This document shows, in pieces, positions 1 through 10,589 of a DNA stretch of 64,000 nt. This DNA is from Candidatus Shapirobacteria bacterium. GTDB taxonomy: Bacteria; Patescibacteriota; Microgenomatia; UBA12405. The stretch lies in contig JAUYJS010000008.1 in NCBI GenBank assembly GCA_030698565.1, positions 86,513 through 150,512 of the forward strand, in the 5' to 3' direction. Position 1 is the first letter of the stretch. The number at the start of each line of letters is the position of its first letter. Made by a program: the position numbers and the translations under genes. Below the pieces are notes generated by a model, which saw only the letters and a program-made list of their open reading frames with translations, was not told the DNA's origin and searched no databases.

Positions 1-870
1 TAATTTTCGTTTTTAGCTTCCAGACTAATTACAGTCCCCAACATACCATTATAAATACCTTTACTATGATTATTTCTTAAACAAATTACTCGATCTCCTG
101 GTTCCGGAATAAACGGGTTTCTCTCCAAGTTGCCTCGAATAAATTGGTTCAATTTTATTCTAGTGGAATTATAACCACACAAAATTAATGTATCCAATCG
201 ATGTTTTCTCAATATCTCTTCCACTTCTTCACCTGATTCTGGTTTATTACGAGCAATCTTTTTAACTCCAGCACCAAAAATTCCAATTGGTATTTTACCC
301 AATTCTCGTGCCAAAATAGAAAGTTCAATTATTGGGTTATTCCTTGCTTGGCGATGAATTTCGTTTAATTTAATTAATGGGTGTTCCATCAAATTAAAAG
401 AACCTCTAATCGGTGGTAATTGTCCATGATCACCAACAGCAATAATGGGAATTCGGTAACTCAAAAGATCAGACCAAATTTTTTCATCCACCATTGACGC
501 CTCATCGATTATCAATAAATCCAATTCAATTTCTTCTTTGGTTTTCCAGCCAGTAATTTCCTTTTTATCATTAATTATTGGTGAATAAATTAAAGAATGA
601 ATCGTTCCTACAGTATCTTGGGAATGAATCGATTCGGCTTCAATCAGTTTTGATTTTAAAACTCGAGTCGCTTTCCCTGTAAAACTACAGAAAGCCACTC
701 TTATTTTTTTGTCCTTTTGATGTAATTTTTGCCTTAAAAGCGAAATTAAAGTTGTTTTGCCTGTTCCCGCAAAACCACCCATGGTTATAAATGCTTGTTT
801 TTGGTCATCCTCAAACCAATCCATTAATGCCATTAACGCTCGCTTCTGATCCGCCGATAAATCTATCATT
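1..870 (-). CDS. RecD/TraA-like (AAA_30 family) ATP-dependent DNA helicase. Only the N-terminal ~290 aa are in the window; the gene continues past coordinate 1.
   Basis: Minus-strand ORF running from the window edge. Walker A 'GGFAGTGKTT' and a 'LLIIDEASMV' DEAD-like box. The start ATG at 868-870 overlaps the stop of the bcp gene by 4 nt (ATGA). Confidence 0.65.
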
Positions 871-1336
871 GAACCTTTTCTGATAAATCTGTTATCACTT
901 CCTGGGCGTGACCTTCCGGCTTAACATTATTATAAATTTTAGCGATTTTTCCCTCTGGGTCAATTAAAAATGATGATCTAACAGTACCTATAAATTCCCG
1001 ACCCATAAATTTTTTCGATTGCCACACTTCATAAAGCTGATTAACTTTAGTATCCTCGTCGGCTAATATTGGAAAATTAAGATTATATTTTTTGGCAAAT
1101 TTTTGGTGGCTTTTGACCGAATCTTTACTTATACCCAAAACCACCAAATCAATTCGGTTGAAATTACTTAAATTATCGCGCATACCACAAGCTTCTTTAG
1201 TGCATCCTGGCGTATCGTCCTTGGGATAAAAATAAACTAATACCCATTTACCCACATAATCTTTTAGACAACGCGTTTCATCATTTTGATCTGGCAAACA
1301 AAACCCCGGTGCTTTTTTTCCAACTTTTATATTCAT
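866..1336 (-). CDS. bcp: Peroxiredoxin, Bcp-type thiol peroxidase
   Basis: Six-frame ORF of 156 aa. Thioredoxin fold with the peroxidatic motif 'FYPKDDTPGCTKEAC'. Confidence 0.9.
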   Translation of the reverse strand: MNIKVGKKAPGFCLPDQNDETRCLKDYVGKWVLVYFYPKDDTPGCTKEACGMRDNLSNFNRIDLVVLGISKDSVKSHQKFAKKYNLNFPILADEDTKVNQLYEVWQSKKFMGREFIGTVRSSFLIDPEGKIAKIYNNVKPEGHAQEVITDLSEKVQ

Positions 1337-1493
1337 AACTTATTATCTCATTTATTAGTTACCTCGCTCTCGCCTTATTTTTTTAATTTTTAATTAAATC
1401 CAATTATATTAAAACTAAATTTTAATATAATTCTAAGCATCTAAAAATATTAGTTTTTACTCATGTTAAAATAAAACACTTATTTAAGAAGCT

Positions 1494-2366
1494 ATGGGTG
1501 AAAATGAATATAAAATAAATCCTATTGATCTGGAAAAACCAATTATCCAATGGGTTGATGATGGTAATCCTGGGCAAAATTGTACCTTTGCTCCAGATGG
1601 TAATATCATTAGGGCTAATCAATCTTGCCAAGAAATATGGGATCCTCATGATCGACGTTTTGATGGAGAATTAAATTTTTTTAGTTCCATGATGGAAATT
1701 GAAAAGCCTTTGATTATTCAAAACCTTTCTTTACTCAATGTTCATCAACCACATTTATTAGCATTAACTTCATTTTTTACTCCTGACCGTCGACTTCATT
1801 TAGTTCAATGGCGGATTCGGGCTAATTTTGACGATACAGGAATGCCATTAGATTTTAATGCTACTGGTGTTGAATCGAATTTTGCTGGTTACGACCAAAA
1901 CACGGGAGTTTTTAGTCAAGACTATCTGTCTAAAATAAAATCAGACTTAAATAATAATCCTAATCAAATATTTTCAGTAATTTATGTAGATATTAATGGT
2001 GTCAAGTCTGCTAACGATAAATCAGTTGATGGCCACGCAGAAGGGGACAAATTAATATTTTACACGGCTCAAATTTTAAAAAAATCCTGTCGTCCAGAAG
2101 ATATGATTTTTAGAGCTGGTGGAGATGAATTTATTGTTCTTATGTGGAGTGACTCTTCTAAATTAATTAGAACAGTCGAGCGTCGAATTGCAGATCAAAG
2201 AAAGAATTTTAATCAGGCAAACTTAGAATTACCTCACATCAATTTTGCACTTGGATTCTCCACCTCTGCACAAGGTTCAGTTGATACAGTGATAAGTCGA
2301 GCAGATCATAGAATGTTCCGCCACAAAAGGTATCAAAAATATATTAACCCCAAATTAAATCGGTAA
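1494..2366 (+). CDS. GGDEF-domain protein, putative diguanylate cyclase with an unassigned N-terminal sensor region
   Basis: Intact 'RAGGDEFIV' active site. An upstream 'DINGVKSANDKSVDGHAEGDKLI' stretch is typical of GGDEF domains. Confidence 0.8.
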   Translation: MGENEYKINPIDLEKPIIQWVDDGNPGQNCTFAPDGNIIRANQSCQEIWDPHDRRFDGELNFFSSMMEIEKPLIIQNLSLLNVHQPHLLALTSFFTPDRRLHLVQWRIRANFDDTGMPLDFNATGVESNFAGYDQNTGVFSQDYLSKIKSDLNNNPNQIFSVIYVDINGVKSANDKSVDGHAEGDKLIFYTAQILKKSCRPEDMIFRAGGDEFIVLMWSDSSKLIRTVERRIADQRKNFNQANLELPHINFALGFSTSAQGSVDTVISRADHRMFRHKRYQKYINPKLNR

Positions 2367-2376
2367 TTACTTAGAA

Positions 2377-2982
2377 TCATTTTTTTCTTATTCCATCAAA
2401 GTAACTTTTAAAATAAAACTGAAATTCATCTACATTTGGAGTTTGTAAATTTAATCCCATTAATTTTTCAACATTACCCGGTTTTGCCATTTGGTCTAAA
2501 ATTCCTTGCATTTTTTTATCTCTACTAATCTGCTTTAAAAGTGGTTTTGCTAAATCTGGACTAACTTCATTTAAAACGACAAGAGAAATTACTGCAAAAG
2601 CACGAGGTTTAATATCAGTATCTTTTAGTGACCTCTTTAATTTTTCAGCCGCCATTTTGGGATTAACCAGTGATAGTTGAGCCAGATAAATATTAGTAAT
2701 ACTTCGGACACCTGAATCTTCGTCGGTTAAAAAGGCGTCAAGTAAAGGTAGGGCCAATTCAGTTTTATCAATTAATAATTTTTCCAAAACGCTTAACAAA
2801 CCCATTCTTATTTCCAATGATTCTTGATTATTACCTTTATTTATATTTAATTCTTCAATAGTTTCAGTCACCGCTCTTTCTGAATCAATACCTACTAATG
2901 CCACAAATCTATCGGTACCAATAGACCCACTTAAACCAAACTCACTAGTTATGTCAAAATTATCAATTCCTATTTCAGTCAT
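2377..2982 (-). CDS. Hypothetical protein, possibly HEAT-like alpha-helical repeat
   Basis: 201-aa ORF with leucine-rich helical repeats. No diagnostic motif. Confidence 0.4.
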   Translation of the reverse strand: MTEIGIDNFDITSEFGLSGSIGTDRFVALVGIDSERAVTETIEELNINKGNNQESLEIRMGLLSVLEKLLIDKTELALPLLDAFLTDEDSGVRSITNIYLAQLSLVNPKMAAEKLKRSLKDTDIKPRAFAVISLVVLNEVSPDLAKPLLKQISRDKKMQGILDQMAKPGNVEKLMGLNLQTPNVDEFQFYFKSYFDGIRKK

Positions 2983-2995
2983 GGTTTATTTTAAC

Positions 2996-3445
2996 TTATT
3001 GTCGCCAACCATATCTAATACCATAAAACGCAGTCTGAACCATATATGTAGCTTCAACCATATTTCCTTCTATTAAATATTTTTTAAATTGCTCAGCGAT
3101 TTTTATTTTATTTTCTTCAGCATCGTGATTTATTTTTAGAGCCGCTTCCATTAAAGGGATTAGTATACTTGGTTTGGCCCTAACTATTGGGCCTAAACTA
3201 TCATCAACTCGGGCCAATACACAAAAAGTTTTATCTTTCATTAATTCAATAATTTCTTCAATAACTTCTTCTTCTCCATTTTCTAGCACTCTTTTAAGTA
3301 AATCTTTTTTAGCAAAACTTAATCGGGCACCATAATTACTTTCATAAATTCGTTTTTCATTTTCCTCTGTCACTAACATAAATATATCACTTAAATATAA
3401 AGATAGTAAATATTTATATTTTTTAATAATGCTATAATTCGCCAA
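2996..3445 (-). CDS. Hypothetical protein
   Basis: 149-aa ORF tightly packed with its neighbours. No recognisable motif. Confidence 0.4.
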   Translation of the reverse strand: MANYSIIKKYKYLLSLYLSDIFMLVTEENEKRIYESNYGARLSFAKKDLLKRVLENGEEEVIEEIIELMKDKTFCVLARVDDSLGPIVRAKPSILIPLMEAALKINHDAEENKIKIAEQFKKYLIEGNMVEATYMVQTAFYGIRYGWRQ

Positions 3446-3879
3446 TGAAGGAATCTAAAAGAAATCTGTCTTCTTCTGAATCACACCCAAAAGAATTAGA
3501 TAAATTAAGAAATACCATCGATAATTTAATTGAAAAAAATGGAACCCCAACCAATCTATCGGCTCCATTCAAATTATTTACAAAATTATTTCCTTGGGCT
3601 TGTATCCTAAAAAATCCAACCCCAATCGATATTTTAGTTACCAAAGAATCTTTGGTTTTCACAGCACAATCAATATATCCCAATACCTCTTTATCTTGGT
3701 CTTGGAATAATTCTAATCCAAATCAAATACTTTTCGAAAAAAAGGATGGTTCAAACTCCTCTGATAATACTCAGTCCGTGGTTATTACCCCTTCAGCTTC
3801 TGACATTGAAAACATTGACCGTTTACTAAATAAACCAGAATTAATTCCTACAAATTTCCCACTTGTTTTGGGGCAGTAA
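3445..3879 (+). CDS. Hypothetical protein, Ser/Asn-rich. Uncertain; the competing antisense ORF is 3432-3683.
   Basis: 144-aa ORF that fills the gap before the ABC-F gene. Low-complexity sequence. Confidence 0.25.
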   Translation: MKESKRNLSSSESHPKELDKLRNTIDNLIEKNGTPTNLSAPFKLFTKLFPWACILKNPTPIDILVTKESLVFTAQSIYPNTSLSWSWNNSNPNQILFEKKDGSNSSDNTQSVVITPSASDIENIDRLLNKPELIPTNFPLVLGQ

Positions 3880-5295
3880 AAATTTTCGCGACGGTTTTAG
3901 TTCTTCCACAAAATCCGGAGTGTGACTAACTACAATCATGGCTCCTTTATACGCTTTTAAAGCTTCCAGAATTAATCTTTGGGACAAGACATCAAGGTAA
4001 GTTGTCGGTTCATCCAAAATTAATAAATTATAATTTCTCGCCAAAAGCATAGCAATCGATAATCTAGTTTTTTCACCACCAGACAGGGAACCGACTTTTT
4101 GAAACACTTTTTCCCCGGGGAATAAAAATCTGCCCAAAAGTGATCTTAGTTGTTGTTCTCCTAATTCACATTTTTCTTTAACTGTTTCGATCAATGTCTC
4201 ATCAAAATCAAACGTTTCAAATTCTTGGGAATAATAACCTACATTCAATTTATCATCCTTAACAATGTCTCCTGAGTCAGCCACCAACATACCCATTAAA
4301 ATTTTTATTAAAGTACTTTTTCCAGCTCCGTTTTGACCTACTAAAGCAATTCTTTCGCCTCGTTTTATATCAAAATAAACATTTTTTAATATCTTTTTTG
4401 AGCCATAAGATTTGCAAATATTTTCGGCAATCAAGGGTAATTCTCCCACCCAAGTCGGAGTCGGTAACTGAATTTTTATTTTCTTAGCCTCTAGTGGCAT
4501 TGGCGGCAAATTACTTTCCAACTTGTCAATTCTTTTTCCCAAATTTATTCTCTGGCGAACACCCTTTTCTGATTTAACGTGGGAAATTTTTAACCAACCC
4601 TTTTTCATTTGAACAATATGTCTTTCTTGAACATGGATTTGTCTAACCAACAAAGATTCTTTTTCTTTTTTTAATTTAAGGTAACTGGTGTAATTACCGG
4701 TATACTCTTCAATTTGTTTGTTTTGTAAATTTACCTCCAGAATTTTATCAATATTTTTATCCAGTAAGGCCAAATCATGGGAAATGACAATTAAGGTTTT
4801 AGGGTATCTACTCAAAAAATTCATCACCCATAGTTTTCCTTCCGTATCCAAAAAATTAGTTGGTTCGTCCAACAGTAATATCTCTGGTTCCGACACCAAT
4901 GCTCTAGCAATTGCCAATTTAGTTTTCTGACCACCACTTAAATATTGTGGTGCATCATCTAAAGATAAATGAGCTAACTCCAATCGAGAAATTATTCTCA
5001 TAAGTTCATAATCTTCTTTTAAATTTTTCGGGTTCAAATAATCCCTAATCGACTCGGCCGCTTCCATTTTTTCATCTCTTTTGACTTCCTGGGGAACCGA
5101 CAAAATATTGCCACTCACTTCTACTTTTCCTTCTTCCGGATATTCTTCACCGCAAATTAATTTAAACAAAGTTGACTTACCCGATCCATTGGCTCCGACC
5201 AGTCCTACCTTGCTATTTTTGGCCACGAAAAAATTCGCCCCCTTAAACATGGGCTCTTCGCCATAACCGTAAGATAAGTTCTTCACCGAAATCAT
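3841..5295 (-). CDS. ABC-F family ATPase (EttA/Uup-like translation factor) with two ABC domains and no transmembrane domain
   Basis: Two Walker A sites (GANGSGKST, GQNGAGKST). Two signature motifs (LSGGQKTKL, LSGGEKTRL). Two Walker B sites (LLLDEPT, LILDEPT). Confidence 0.85.
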   Translation of the reverse strand: MISVKNLSYGYGEEPMFKGANFFVAKNSKVGLVGANGSGKSTLFKLICGEEYPEEGKVEVSGNILSVPQEVKRDEKMEAAESIRDYLNPKNLKEDYELMRIISRLELAHLSLDDAPQYLSGGQKTKLAIARALVSEPEILLLDEPTNFLDTEGKLWVMNFLSRYPKTLIVISHDLALLDKNIDKILEVNLQNKQIEEYTGNYTSYLKLKKEKESLLVRQIHVQERHIVQMKKGWLKISHVKSEKGVRQRINLGKRIDKLESNLPPMPLEAKKIKIQLPTPTWVGELPLIAENICKSYGSKKILKNVYFDIKRGERIALVGQNGAGKSTLIKILMGMLVADSGDIVKDDKLNVGYYSQEFETFDFDETLIETVKEKCELGEQQLRSLLGRFLFPGEKVFQKVGSLSGGEKTRLSIAMLLARNYNLLILDEPTTYLDVLSQRLILEALKAYKGAMIVVSHTPDFVEELKPSRKFLLPQNKWEICRN

Positions 5296-5355
5296 CCTGT
5301 GATTTTATCATCTAGCTTCTAATAAAACCTAAAAATAAGAGATAATGGTAAATAT

Positions 5356-6600
5356 ATGGCCAACAATCAAATTAACTGTCCCAAATGTGGTGTTGAAATT
5401 TCCATTGACGATGTTTTGACCCATCAATTGGAAAAAAAAATTAAGCAGGCTTATGAAGCCAAACAAAAACAAAAAGATTTAGAAATAAATACCAAAGAGC
5501 AGGAACTTTTGGCCAAACAAAAACAGATTGATTCGGCCAAGGAAAATTTAGTCAATATTGTCAACAAAAAAGTTGCTGAAAATTTACAAATCGAAAAAGA
5601 TAAATTAAAACTTCAACTTAAAGAAGAAATTGAAAAAGAAAAAGCTGGAGAAGTCAAATTTCTTAGTGAGCAACTTTTGGAAAAAGATAAAAAATTGGAA
5701 GAGTCTCGTCAGGCCGAACTTGATTTGAGAAAGGAAAAAAACCAACTCGAAGAAGATAAAAAATCCTTTGAAGTTGAAAAACAACGACAATTGGATGAAG
5801 AAAGAAAAAATATTTATGAAGAGGCGTCCAAAAAGGCTTCCGCAGAAGAACAATTTAAATTATTAGAACTAAAAAAACAATTAAACGATGTTTCTAAAGT
5901 TAACGAAGAATTAAAACGAAAACTCCAACAAGGTTCCCAACAAACCCAAGGCGAAGTTTTGGAATTGGAACTCGAAGATTTGCTCAAAAAAGAATTTCCA
6001 CGAGATGAAATTCTACCAGTAGGCAAGGGTATTAATGGCGCTGATATCACCCAAAAAATAATAGACAATTATGGCCATGTTTGTGGCACTATTGTCTGGG
6101 AATCAAAACACACTAAAAACTGGACTGAAGGCTGGGTTCAAAAACTCAAAGACGATCAAAGGAATGAAAAAGCCGAAATTGCCGTCATTGTCACTACTGT
6201 TTTACCCAAAGAAATAAAAACCTTTGGTTTAAAAGACGGAGTCTGGGTTACTGATTTTGTTTCGGTTGTTGGTTTAGCCATAGTATTAAGGTCCAATATT
6301 ATTCAATTAAATTCTTTAAAACTAGCCTCTGTTGGTAAAAACGAAAAAATGGAAATGCTTTTTAATTATTTAAGCGGCACTGAATTTAAACAAAAAATAG
6401 AAACTATTGTCGAGGCTTTTGGCACTATGAAAGAGGATTTAGAAAAAGAGAAAAAAGTTTACACCAAAATGTGGGAATCACGGGATAAACAAATTAGTAG
6501 GGTAGTCGAAAGCACTATTGGAATGTACGGTAGTCTCGAAGGCCTCATGGGTAAATCCCTCCCTAAGATTGATGTATTAGAATTACCCGAAGAACTTTAA
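5356..6600 (+). CDS. Coiled-coil protein with an N-terminal zinc ribbon, DUF2130-like
   Basis: 'NCPKCGVEI' zinc ribbon, a long K/E-rich coiled coil, and a C-terminal globular domain. Confidence 0.55.
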   Translation: MANNQINCPKCGVEISIDDVLTHQLEKKIKQAYEAKQKQKDLEINTKEQELLAKQKQIDSAKENLVNIVNKKVAENLQIEKDKLKLQLKEEIEKEKAGEVKFLSEQLLEKDKKLEESRQAELDLRKEKNQLEEDKKSFEVEKQRQLDEERKNIYEEASKKASAEEQFKLLELKKQLNDVSKVNEELKRKLQQGSQQTQGEVLELELEDLLKKEFPRDEILPVGKGINGADITQKIIDNYGHVCGTIVWESKHTKNWTEGWVQKLKDDQRNEKAEIAVIVTTVLPKEIKTFGLKDGVWVTDFVSVVGLAIVLRSNIIQLNSLKLASVGKNEKMEMLFNYLSGTEFKQKIETIVEAFGTMKEDLEKEKKVYTKMWESRDKQISRVVESTIGMYGSLEGLMGKSLPKIDVLELPEEL

Positions 6601-7055
6601 AACTTATCTATATAGAAACTATAGTTATTTATCAAAAATTCCAACGCTGGTCTTTCGTCGGATATAATATCCAAAGATAAAACTTTGTCTTTGTGTACCC
6701 AATAGCAGCCCTCAATTGTCGATTCATCTTCCTCTTTTGCTTGAGCTAAATCACCATCAATATATTTACAGACTCTGGCTACTGCATTTATTTGGACCAA
6801 ATCCTCACCCTTTTTATATTCCCAATTCCAACAATATATAGGTAATCCAGGAATACAATTAACCCCAGTTTCTTCTTTAACTTCTCTTCTAACCGATTCA
6901 TCTGGAACTTCTCCAAACTCAATTCTGCCACCCGGCAAAGCAAACTTGCCCGATATTTTATCGGCCATATATTTCCCACCCGAATATTTTATTAATAAAA
7001 TTTCATCCTTATCATCTATCACAATTCCCTTTTGAGCAAACCGTTGAATATTCAT
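6597..7055 (-). CDS. NUDIX hydrolase
   Basis: Nudix box 'GGRIEFGEVPDESVRREVKEETGV' (GX5EX7REUXEEXGU). Confidence 0.8.
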   Translation of the reverse strand: MNIQRFAQKGIVIDDKDEILLIKYSGGKYMADKISGKFALPGGRIEFGEVPDESVRREVKEETGVNCIPGLPIYCWNWEYKKGEDLVQINAVARVCKYIDGDLAQAKEEDESTIEGCYWVHKDKVLSLDIISDERPALEFLINNYSFYIDKF

Positions 7056-7165
7056 GAAAAGATTTTAGCAAATTACTCAACAATCTGTTGTAAATTCACT
7101 TTACTATTTCCAAACATTTTTTTAACTTATGATTTGTTTTGACATAATCTCGTCACCTTAAGGGG

Positions 7166-7198
7166 GTGAGTCTGGAACCTTTCTGTCCTTATAATAAG
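7166..7198 (+). promoter_or_regulatory. Conserved intergenic motif, copy 1 of 5 (GTGAGTCTGGAACCTTTCTGTCCTTATAATAAG)
   Basis: Near-identical core recurs at 8953, 16147, 16962 and 17671. Ends in a TATAAT-like hexamer. Lies between divergent genes. Confidence 0.5.
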
Positions 7199-7486
7199 CT
7201 GAACTTTTAAAAACATTTTTATAAATGCTTTTCCGACATCCTTATTCCTGAGATCACTTGTTCCATAACCGAAATTAACGAAGGAGCTCACTAACCATTT
7301 TTTTTGCCAATATCCACCTGTTTTTAGGTAATTAATATAATATTAATTATTATGATAATAGTCTTTTTATCCTAATTCTTTTCTCTATATATTATGGTGG
7401 TTGCCATAATATTATTTCTATGGTAGAATGCGCCATATTAGTTTTTTTGCTTTATAAAAATTCTCACCAATATTCAGACTTCTCAA

Positions 7487-8599
7487 TTGGGCGGCATTGG
7501 CCAAACGTTCTATAATTTAGTAAATTTTTTAGAAAAAAATAATTTAGAAAAAGTCAAAATCGTCGGAGTTGATGTCACCTCAGAGCCAAATTCCAGTGAT
7601 AAAGGAATTTACTACAAATCAACACCTAGCTCAGTCTTAAAAGTTGTTTCAGTCAATTTGAAAACCCCTTATTTTGGAGATGTCATTCAAACGGTTAGTA
7701 ATATTGATGAAATTAAAGATACTTATTCCGAGTTAATCGATACCTATATTTCCATCATCAAAAAAGAAAAACCAAGTTTAATTCTAATCAATGGCACTTA
7801 CTTTGTTCCTTGGTGTTTATTCCAGGCCGGAAATCAACTAGGCATCCCTATGGTTCTTCATTATCACGGTATCCTCACCAAAGAAACGTCTCATTATGCT
7901 CCTGAGTTACATAAGTTAATCAAAGAGATGGAAACAACCTTTGATAACGACAAACTTCTATATATTTTCCCCTCAAAATTAGCCAAAACAGTGGTAGAAG
8001 AAGAAGTTTTTGGGCACAAAATTTCCAGAACCGCCATTATTCCCAATGCCATCCCAAATCACTTTTTTAAAATCAAAACTTCTGGAAACAAAAGAGACGT
8101 TGCCTTTGTCAGTCGTTGGTCGACAATTAAAAATCCTAATTTCATTAAAAAAATAACCAGATATGACCAAAAAAATAATCGGGACTATTGTTTTAATGTT
8201 GTCTCCGACAAAAAGGATGCTCAAAAAAGATATAAAAATATTTTAGAGAATATTAAGTTTTATGACCCGATGAATAGCTCCAAATTAGCCAGATTTTATG
8301 GAAAGATGGGGGTAGTCATAAGTCCATCGTTTTTTGAAACGTATGGTAATGTTGCCCAGGAAGCAATTGCCACCGGAACTCCGGCCTTAGTTGGTCCTAA
8401 TATGGGTGTAGCAGAACTTTTTAGAGAACTTGGTTTGTCTCAATACATCGTTGATTTTAAGTCAACAAAGAATGTATATGAAAAAATCAAAAATTTCAGT
8501 GGTCAAATGGTTAGTGACAAAATCAGAAAAATGATGAAGTACAACCTAACTCCACACGCCGTCAACAGTCGTTATATCAGCGCCCTAAAATCAGCTTAA
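7487..8599 (+). CDS. Glycosyltransferase, GT1/GT4 (group 1) family
   Basis: C-terminal 'ETYGNVAQEAIATGTPALVGPNMGVAELF' motif (E-x7-E type). The annotated start is a TTG and the true start is uncertain. Confidence 0.6.
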   Translation: MGGIGQTFYNLVNFLEKNNLEKVKIVGVDVTSEPNSSDKGIYYKSTPSSVLKVVSVNLKTPYFGDVIQTVSNIDEIKDTYSELIDTYISIIKKEKPSLILINGTYFVPWCLFQAGNQLGIPMVLHYHGILTKETSHYAPELHKLIKEMETTFDNDKLLYIFPSKLAKTVVEEEVFGHKISRTAIIPNAIPNHFFKIKTSGNKRDVAFVSRWSTIKNPNFIKKITRYDQKNNRDYCFNVVSDKKDAQKRYKNILENIKFYDPMNSSKLARFYGKMGVVISPSFFETYGNVAQEAIATGTPALVGPNMGVAELFRELGLSQYIVDFKSTKNVYEKIKNFSGQMVSDKIRKMMKYNLTPHAVNSRYISALKSA

Positions 8600-8952
8600 T
8601 TTAGTGGAAGGGATGGTCTACTTCGCTTTCAGCTTCGTAAGACCATGGGGAACCCAACCATTCTTAAAATCTTTTGTATGCAAACGCTTTTCCAGACCCA
8701 GTCTTAAGATATAATTCAAAATCTCTTGATTGTTTTTCTGTTTCGAATCCACCATATCAAACTAATTTCCATGGCAAATGCGGTTTAGTAGATTTTACTT
8801 GACCAGTATTATGGAGATTAAATCTAGTCTTTAAATCAATTGTGGATCCAAAATAGAAAATATGAGATTTTGAACTATGTAATATGTAAGCGTAATACAT
8901 ATTACAATATTATCAGATTAGGCATGCAATTCTGAAGCTATAGCGAAAGATT

Positions 8953-8993
8953 GCGGAGCAGTGGGGTCTGGAACCTTTCTATCTCTATAACTC
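8953..8993 (+). promoter_or_regulatory. Conserved intergenic motif, copy 2 of 5 (TGCGGAGCAGTGGGGTCTGGAACCTTTCTATCTCTATAACTC)
   Basis: Same core as 7166, with an upstream GCGGAG extension shared with copies 3-5. Confidence 0.5.
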
Positions 8994-9000
8994 TAATCTA

Positions 9001-9200
9001 AATAATCATGTACATTAAATTCCTCAACCGAAAAATCTTTCCCGTCAAAATTGAAAATAGTGTATCCACCTTCATGAATTTTAGAATCAATAATTATGTT
9101 ATTGTCCGGTCTAAATTTTGGTTCAAGAGCATAAACCGTATTTCTAATAATTCCTCCATGAGTTGAAATAAAAATTAAATTACTTGAATCTTTTTGTTAA
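9001..9200 (-). pseudogene. C-terminal fragment of a histidine-phosphatase (phosphoglycerate-mutase family) gene
   Basis: Reverse-strand frame reads '...ISTHGGIIRNTVYALEPKF...NVHDYLD*'. This matches the second catalytic His motif 'SAHGNSIRLF' of the intact paralog at 26272-26838. It has no start codon and sits in a 700-bp noncoding stretch. Confidence 0.4.
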
Positions 9201-9291
9201 ATTTATTTAAATCTAGGACTACTTCGGAGCAATTTGAAAGAATCAGAAATACTATAACTAATTATGGTATGAAATAGAAATACACTAAAAT

Positions 9292-10380
9292 TTAATTTCT
9301 AATTCTAAAATCCTGGGATTCTACTGGCACAATATTTCCATCTAGCCTTGCCATGTCGCTGAAGATTTGAATTAAAGCATTTCTTTCATTACCAGCTTTC
9401 ATAATTAAAGATAATTCTTTTAATCTCTTCCAAGAAGGATCGGTATAAACGATAGGATTAGCCATTGGTATTCTAAGTTGTTTAAATACATTAAAATTTC
9501 CTTTTTGCAGGTCTTTCTGAATAGCGCGAGCAAAAAATTCAATATCCTCCATACCCATAATACTAAATCTTGTACCATCAACAGTTTTTATTTCTTTACC
9601 ATTACATAAAGGATTATATCCACCTAATTCTATTAATTTTGAAAGCGGAATTAAATTTAAAGTATTTCTCATGGCATAGACAAGCTCAAGCAATTGGACT
9701 TGAGATTGTAATGGTTTTTTAATTAACCCTTTAAGTTTTTTTCTAGTTTCTATTAAATCAGTTTTAAAAGGTAGTTCTCCCTCACCAGTTTTTCTAACTG
9801 TGAATATATATCTTTGTTCACCAGCTAGCCTTGCCATCTTTTGAAGTTCGACATCTTCTATTTCTACATCAAACGACATATTGAGCATTCTTATATTTTC
9901 TCTATCTATTCCTTTTTCTATTGCAATTTCATTAACTAAAGCAATTCCAGAATTTAATCCCGAAGTCCAAGTATAACCCTTAATTTTGACCGGCAAAATT
10001 GGTACGGCAAATTCTCTTTGTTGAGACAATAATTCTAAATTTGCTTCTGTCATGTCGTTTTTATCCTGATCATGATTGATTGCTAGTACAACACCGACAA
10101 GCGCTGGAAAATTATTTTTAATTGTCTGGATACGATATGCAAGTTCACCAAGCAATTTTGTATCTTTACCCCAACATCTAATCACTGCGACAGCAGCCTG
10201 TCCACCATTTTCAGTACTTTTTTTGATGGCATCAATAAAACCAGGAAACACTTGCCGTCCCATTTCTGACACTTCAACACCTGCGCCATTCGGCAACAAA
10301 ATTTTTTTTATTGTTGTGTCAAAAGAGAATAGAGTTGTTTGTTCTAGGTCTACCGCGTGTAAATTTTCTGCTCTTGTCAT
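9292..10380 (-). CDS. Conserved hypothetical protein of 362 aa
   Basis: Long ORF with coding-like composition. No motif I can assign. Confidence 0.5.
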   Translation of the reverse strand: MTRAENLHAVDLEQTTLFSFDTTIKKILLPNGAGVEVSEMGRQVFPGFIDAIKKSTENGGQAAVAVIRCWGKDTKLLGELAYRIQTIKNNFPALVGVVLAINHDQDKNDMTEANLELLSQQREFAVPILPVKIKGYTWTSGLNSGIALVNEIAIEKGIDRENIRMLNMSFDVEIEDVELQKMARLAGEQRYIFTVRKTGEGELPFKTDLIETRKKLKGLIKKPLQSQVQLLELVYAMRNTLNLIPLSKLIELGGYNPLCNGKEIKTVDGTRFSIMGMEDIEFFARAIQKDLQKGNFNVFKQLRIPMANPIVYTDPSWKRLKELSLIMKAGNERNALIQIFSDMARLDGNIVPVESQDFRIRN

Positions 10381-10589
10381 ATGAAGCCAAATTATATCAT
10401 TATATTACAATAGTTCAATATCATAGGCAAAAGATGATAGTAAGCACTTACTCAGTTTATATAAAATTTTAGTAATTAGTTTTCAATAAAAGTTCCAACG
10501 CTCTCAGATCCCTCGGTTTCAAAATCCCAGTCGAAGCATAATTCAAACACCACCTCATTAAGAAACAAAAGGGAGATATACTTCAACTA

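Noticed and set aside
1461-1649. 62-aa minus-strand ORF overlapping the GGDEF gene start
   Set aside because: It has AT-rich low-complexity composition, whereas the plus-strand GGDEF gene is well supported.
5605-6068. Antisense ORFs 5605-5853 and 5814-6068 (F/K-rich)
   Set aside because: They are mirror-image artefacts of the lysine- and glutamate-rich coiled-coil gene on the plus strand.
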